Origin: Pseudovirgaria hyperparasitica | Taxonomy: Eukaryota | DNA: 64,000 nt | Assembly (NCBI GenBank): GCA_010093815.1 | Contig: ML996565.1 | Direction: 5' to 3' (one strand) | In this document: positions 61,866 through 64,000 of the stretch, piece after piece | Numbering within the stretch: position 1 is the first letter of the stretch | Layout of the letters: each line of letters starts with the position of its first letter | Notes under the pieces: model-generated | The model's database searches: none | Told to the model about the DNA's origin: nothing | Seen by the model: the letters and a program-made list of their open reading frames with translations, nothing else | Translations under genes and position numbers: made by a program

Positions 61866-63998
61866 TCAAGATAGGATCCGCTTCAATCCACTCCAGATAC
61901 CTCCTCCGGAGGGATTCTTCTCATCTTCCTTCCTCTTGCTCCCCGGTTTCCTCTCCACGTCCTTTCTGCGACGCCGTTTCGGCTCCTCCCCATCCACTTT
62001 TCTAGTCCGTGTTCGATCACTCTCGACACGTCCACTTCTTACTCTCTGCCCCTCTCTTGCCACTCTGGCCGTTTCTCCGCGATCTGCCCGCTCTGCCCGT
62101 GTGGTGCTCGTCGGACTCGGCACATCGGCCTCTTGCATGCTTAGTTGCGCGAGGATAGGTGTGATTGATCTGTCGTCGCGTCTACTTCGTGGAGGAGATG
62201 GAGGGGGGGCCATCGGTGAGTCTACCGGCTCTTCTCTTGCTGCCGAGGATGTCTCTGCGTTCTCTGGCGTGCGTGGTGGTTCACTTAGGTCCTCGTGCAG
62301 ACGCTTATGATGCGACGCCCGTCGGTGCTTTGGGCGGATGACGTCTGAGTCTGCAGCGTATGAATCGCGCTCGCGGCGGCGCGAGGAGTTGGAGTCTCGA
62401 CTTTCGAGGACGCGGGCTGTACTTGATGTTGTGCCTGGGCGTGAACGGGTTGTGATTGGAGGTGGCGGATCGGGCTTAGGAGGGCCGCGACCGAAGAGGC
62501 TACCAAGGAAAGAGTTTCGGCGCTGCGTAGGAGGAGGGTTGGTTGGAACAGATTCAGAGAGGCGACGGGATCGCGAGTGTACGGGACGTGTCGTCGTAGT
62601 AGGTTCAGACTCTTCAGCCTCTCTCCTCGCAGCGTCCTTTCCACGCCATGTTCCCTGAGCAGCGGCTTGCTCTGCTGCTTTTCTCTCCCTGCGTCGCCTC
62701 CGTCGATCGGCCTCTTCCTGAGCGATGCTTGGGTCGAAGTCATCTTTGGCACGTATTTGGGCTTCCTTCTCTTCCAGCTCCTGCTTCTTGGCTGCAATCT
62801 TGGCATCGATTTTTGCGAGCTTTGCGAGTCGTTTGCGTTCGATTTTGGCTTCTAGCTCTCGTTGATGGGCCTCTTCTTCAGCTATGCGTTGCTTCTCTTC
62901 TTCGCGCTCGCGGCGGCGCTCTTCACGGCGTCGACGACGGCGCGCTTCGCGGGCTCTCTCATACTCTTCGTCTTCGAGCTGGAGCCTTCGGAGATCCTCA
63001 GCTTCTTTTACATCTCGCGCCCGGCGCTTCGACTCCTTTCGGGAGGATTCGCCGTGATGACGCTTGTCTTTGACCACTATAGACGCTACGGGGGGTGCTT
63101 TCACTCGATCTAGACCGGATTCGGGGTGTTTATCTCTGTGTCTACGCTCGTGTCTTGGTCTGTCACGTCCGCTCTTACCCGAGCTGTCGCCTGATGCAAA
63201 ACTTTCACGTCGACGGCGGTGTAATAGTTCACCGCTGCCTCGATGAGAATGTGAATGAGAATGTCGGCGAGAGCGCTTTGCTTCTTTGGCTTCAGAGACA
63301 TCTTGAGAGCGGATATCAACAGCATCAGGATGAATCTCTTCGGGAACGGGTTGAGGTGGCGGCACAATCTCAGGAATGGATCGTTCAAGGATAGGTGGTA
63401 GAGGAATAGTTCTCGGGAGCGGCGGAGGCGGTGATGGCACGGCTTGCTCTATTGGAGGCGGAGGCCCTGTACCATCTGATGAAGTACTTTGTTCCACGGT
63501 AGTGGCAGCAGCTTCTGCACTTGGTTCTCCAGGCGGCGCAATGGCATCAATCTGTGCCTCCTTGGAAACCTCGTCCTGTGGTGCCTCTACGTTTGTCGGC
63601 TGTGCAGGAGCACCCGTGTTTTGGTTCGGCTCATCTGCCTTTACTGCTTCTTCATTTGGCTCTTCCTTTGGTGGCTCTTCTTCCTTTGGTGGGTCTTCCT
63701 CCTTTGGTAGGTCTTCGCTAAGAGGCTCTTCCTTTGGGGGCTCTTCGGTTGAGGGCTCTTCGCTGGGAGGCTCTTCGCTAGGAGGCTCTTCGCTGGGAGG
63801 CTCTTCGCTGGGAGGCTCTTCCTTTGGGGGCTCTTCGGTTGAGGGCTCTTCGCTGGGAGGCTCTTCCTTTGGAGGCTCTTCGGTTGTGGGCTCTTCTATT
63901 GGTGGCTCTTCGGTTGGAGGCTCCTTGTTTGATGCTGGCTCTTCAGCTTTTGGCTCTTCAGACTTTGGCTCTTCTGCTTTTGGCTCTTCTGCTTTTGC
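61866..63998 (-). CDS. C-terminal part of a large low-complexity, highly charged protein; 5' end lies outside the window
   Basis: One frame is open from the window edge to the stop at 61866 (over 700 codons). Acidic repeats, Pro-rich linkers and an Arg/Glu-rich coiled coil; ends GGGIWSGLKRILS. Confidence 0.8.
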   Translation of the reverse strand, partial: AKAEEPKAEEPKSEEPKAEEPASNKEPPTEEPPIEEPTTEEPPKEEPPSEEPSTEEPPKEEPPSEEPPSEEPPSEEPPSEEPSTEEPPKEEPLSEDLPKEEDPPKEEEPPKEEPNEEAVKADEPNQNTGAPAQPTNVEAPQDEVSKEAQIDAIAPPGEPSAEAAATTVEQSTSSDGTGPPPPIEQAVPSPPPPLPRTIPLPPILERSIPEIVPPPQPVPEEIHPDAVDIRSQDVSEAKEAKRSRRHSHSHSHRGSGELLHRRRRESFASGDSSGKSGRDRPRHERRHRDKHPESGLDRVKAPPVASIVVKDKRHHGESSRKESKRRARDVKEAEDLRRLQLEDEEYERAREARRRRRREERRREREEEKQRIAEEEAHQRELEAKIERKRLAKLAKIDAKIAAKKQELEEKEAQIRAKDDFDPSIAQEEADRRRRRRERKAAEQAAAQGTWRGKDAARREAEESEPTTTTRPVHSRSRRLSESVPTNPPPTQRRNSFLGSLFGRGPPKPDPPPPITTRSRPGTTSSTARVLESRDSNSSRRRERDSYAADSDVIRPKHRRASHHKRLHEDLSEPPRTPENAETSSAAREEPVDSPMAPPPSPPRSRRDDRSITPILAQLSMQEADVPSPTSTTRAERADRGETARVAREGQRVRSGRVESDRTRTRKVDGEEPKRRRRKDVERKPGSKRKEDEKNPSGGGIWSGLKRILS
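63650..63995 (-). repeat. Coding 15-bp minisatellite encoding xxEEP pentapeptides
   Basis: GGCTCTTC core recurs every 15 nt about 20 times and translates as KAEEP/PSEEP/PKEEP/STEEP. Confidence 0.92.
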
Positions 63999-64000
63999 GT

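Overview
Intron-rich, gene-dense euchromatic window from a filamentous ascomycete (Pezizomycotina, probably a Dothideomycete; the taxon is inferred). About 23 protein-coding loci can be supported. Confidently recognised: Pin2-like membrane protein, a divergent MFS monocarboxylate transporter / Zn2Cys6 factor pair, SRP receptor alpha, Yif1, a Pcl5-like cyclin, GH27 alpha-galactosidase, a laccase-like multicopper oxidase, an OGFr-domain protein, ARPC4, Ubp6, meiotic kleisin Rec8, the GATA nitrogen regulator AreA/Nit2, DASH subunit Hsk3, PRKRIP1, Det1-like histidine phosphatase and CCT3. There are also several hypothetical genes and a probable F-box-like pseudogene. I found no tRNA, rRNA, CRISPR array or recognisable transposon, and no unambiguously new multi-gene system. 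The most interesting signal is the ~1 kb ATG-depleted leader of the Pcl5-like cyclin: two uORFs in identical strong context, a 340-codon stop-free overlapping frame and upstream Gcn4/CpcA-type sites, suggesting a translationally controlled amino-acid-starvation feedback module. Other notable items are a GC-AG intron in UBP6, a frame-preserving candidate cassette exon in the Zn2Cys6 gene, an xDEL-ending GH27 enzyme and an 80-aa spliced gene missed by the ORF track. All exon boundaries were read by eye and all family calls are from memory, with no database search.
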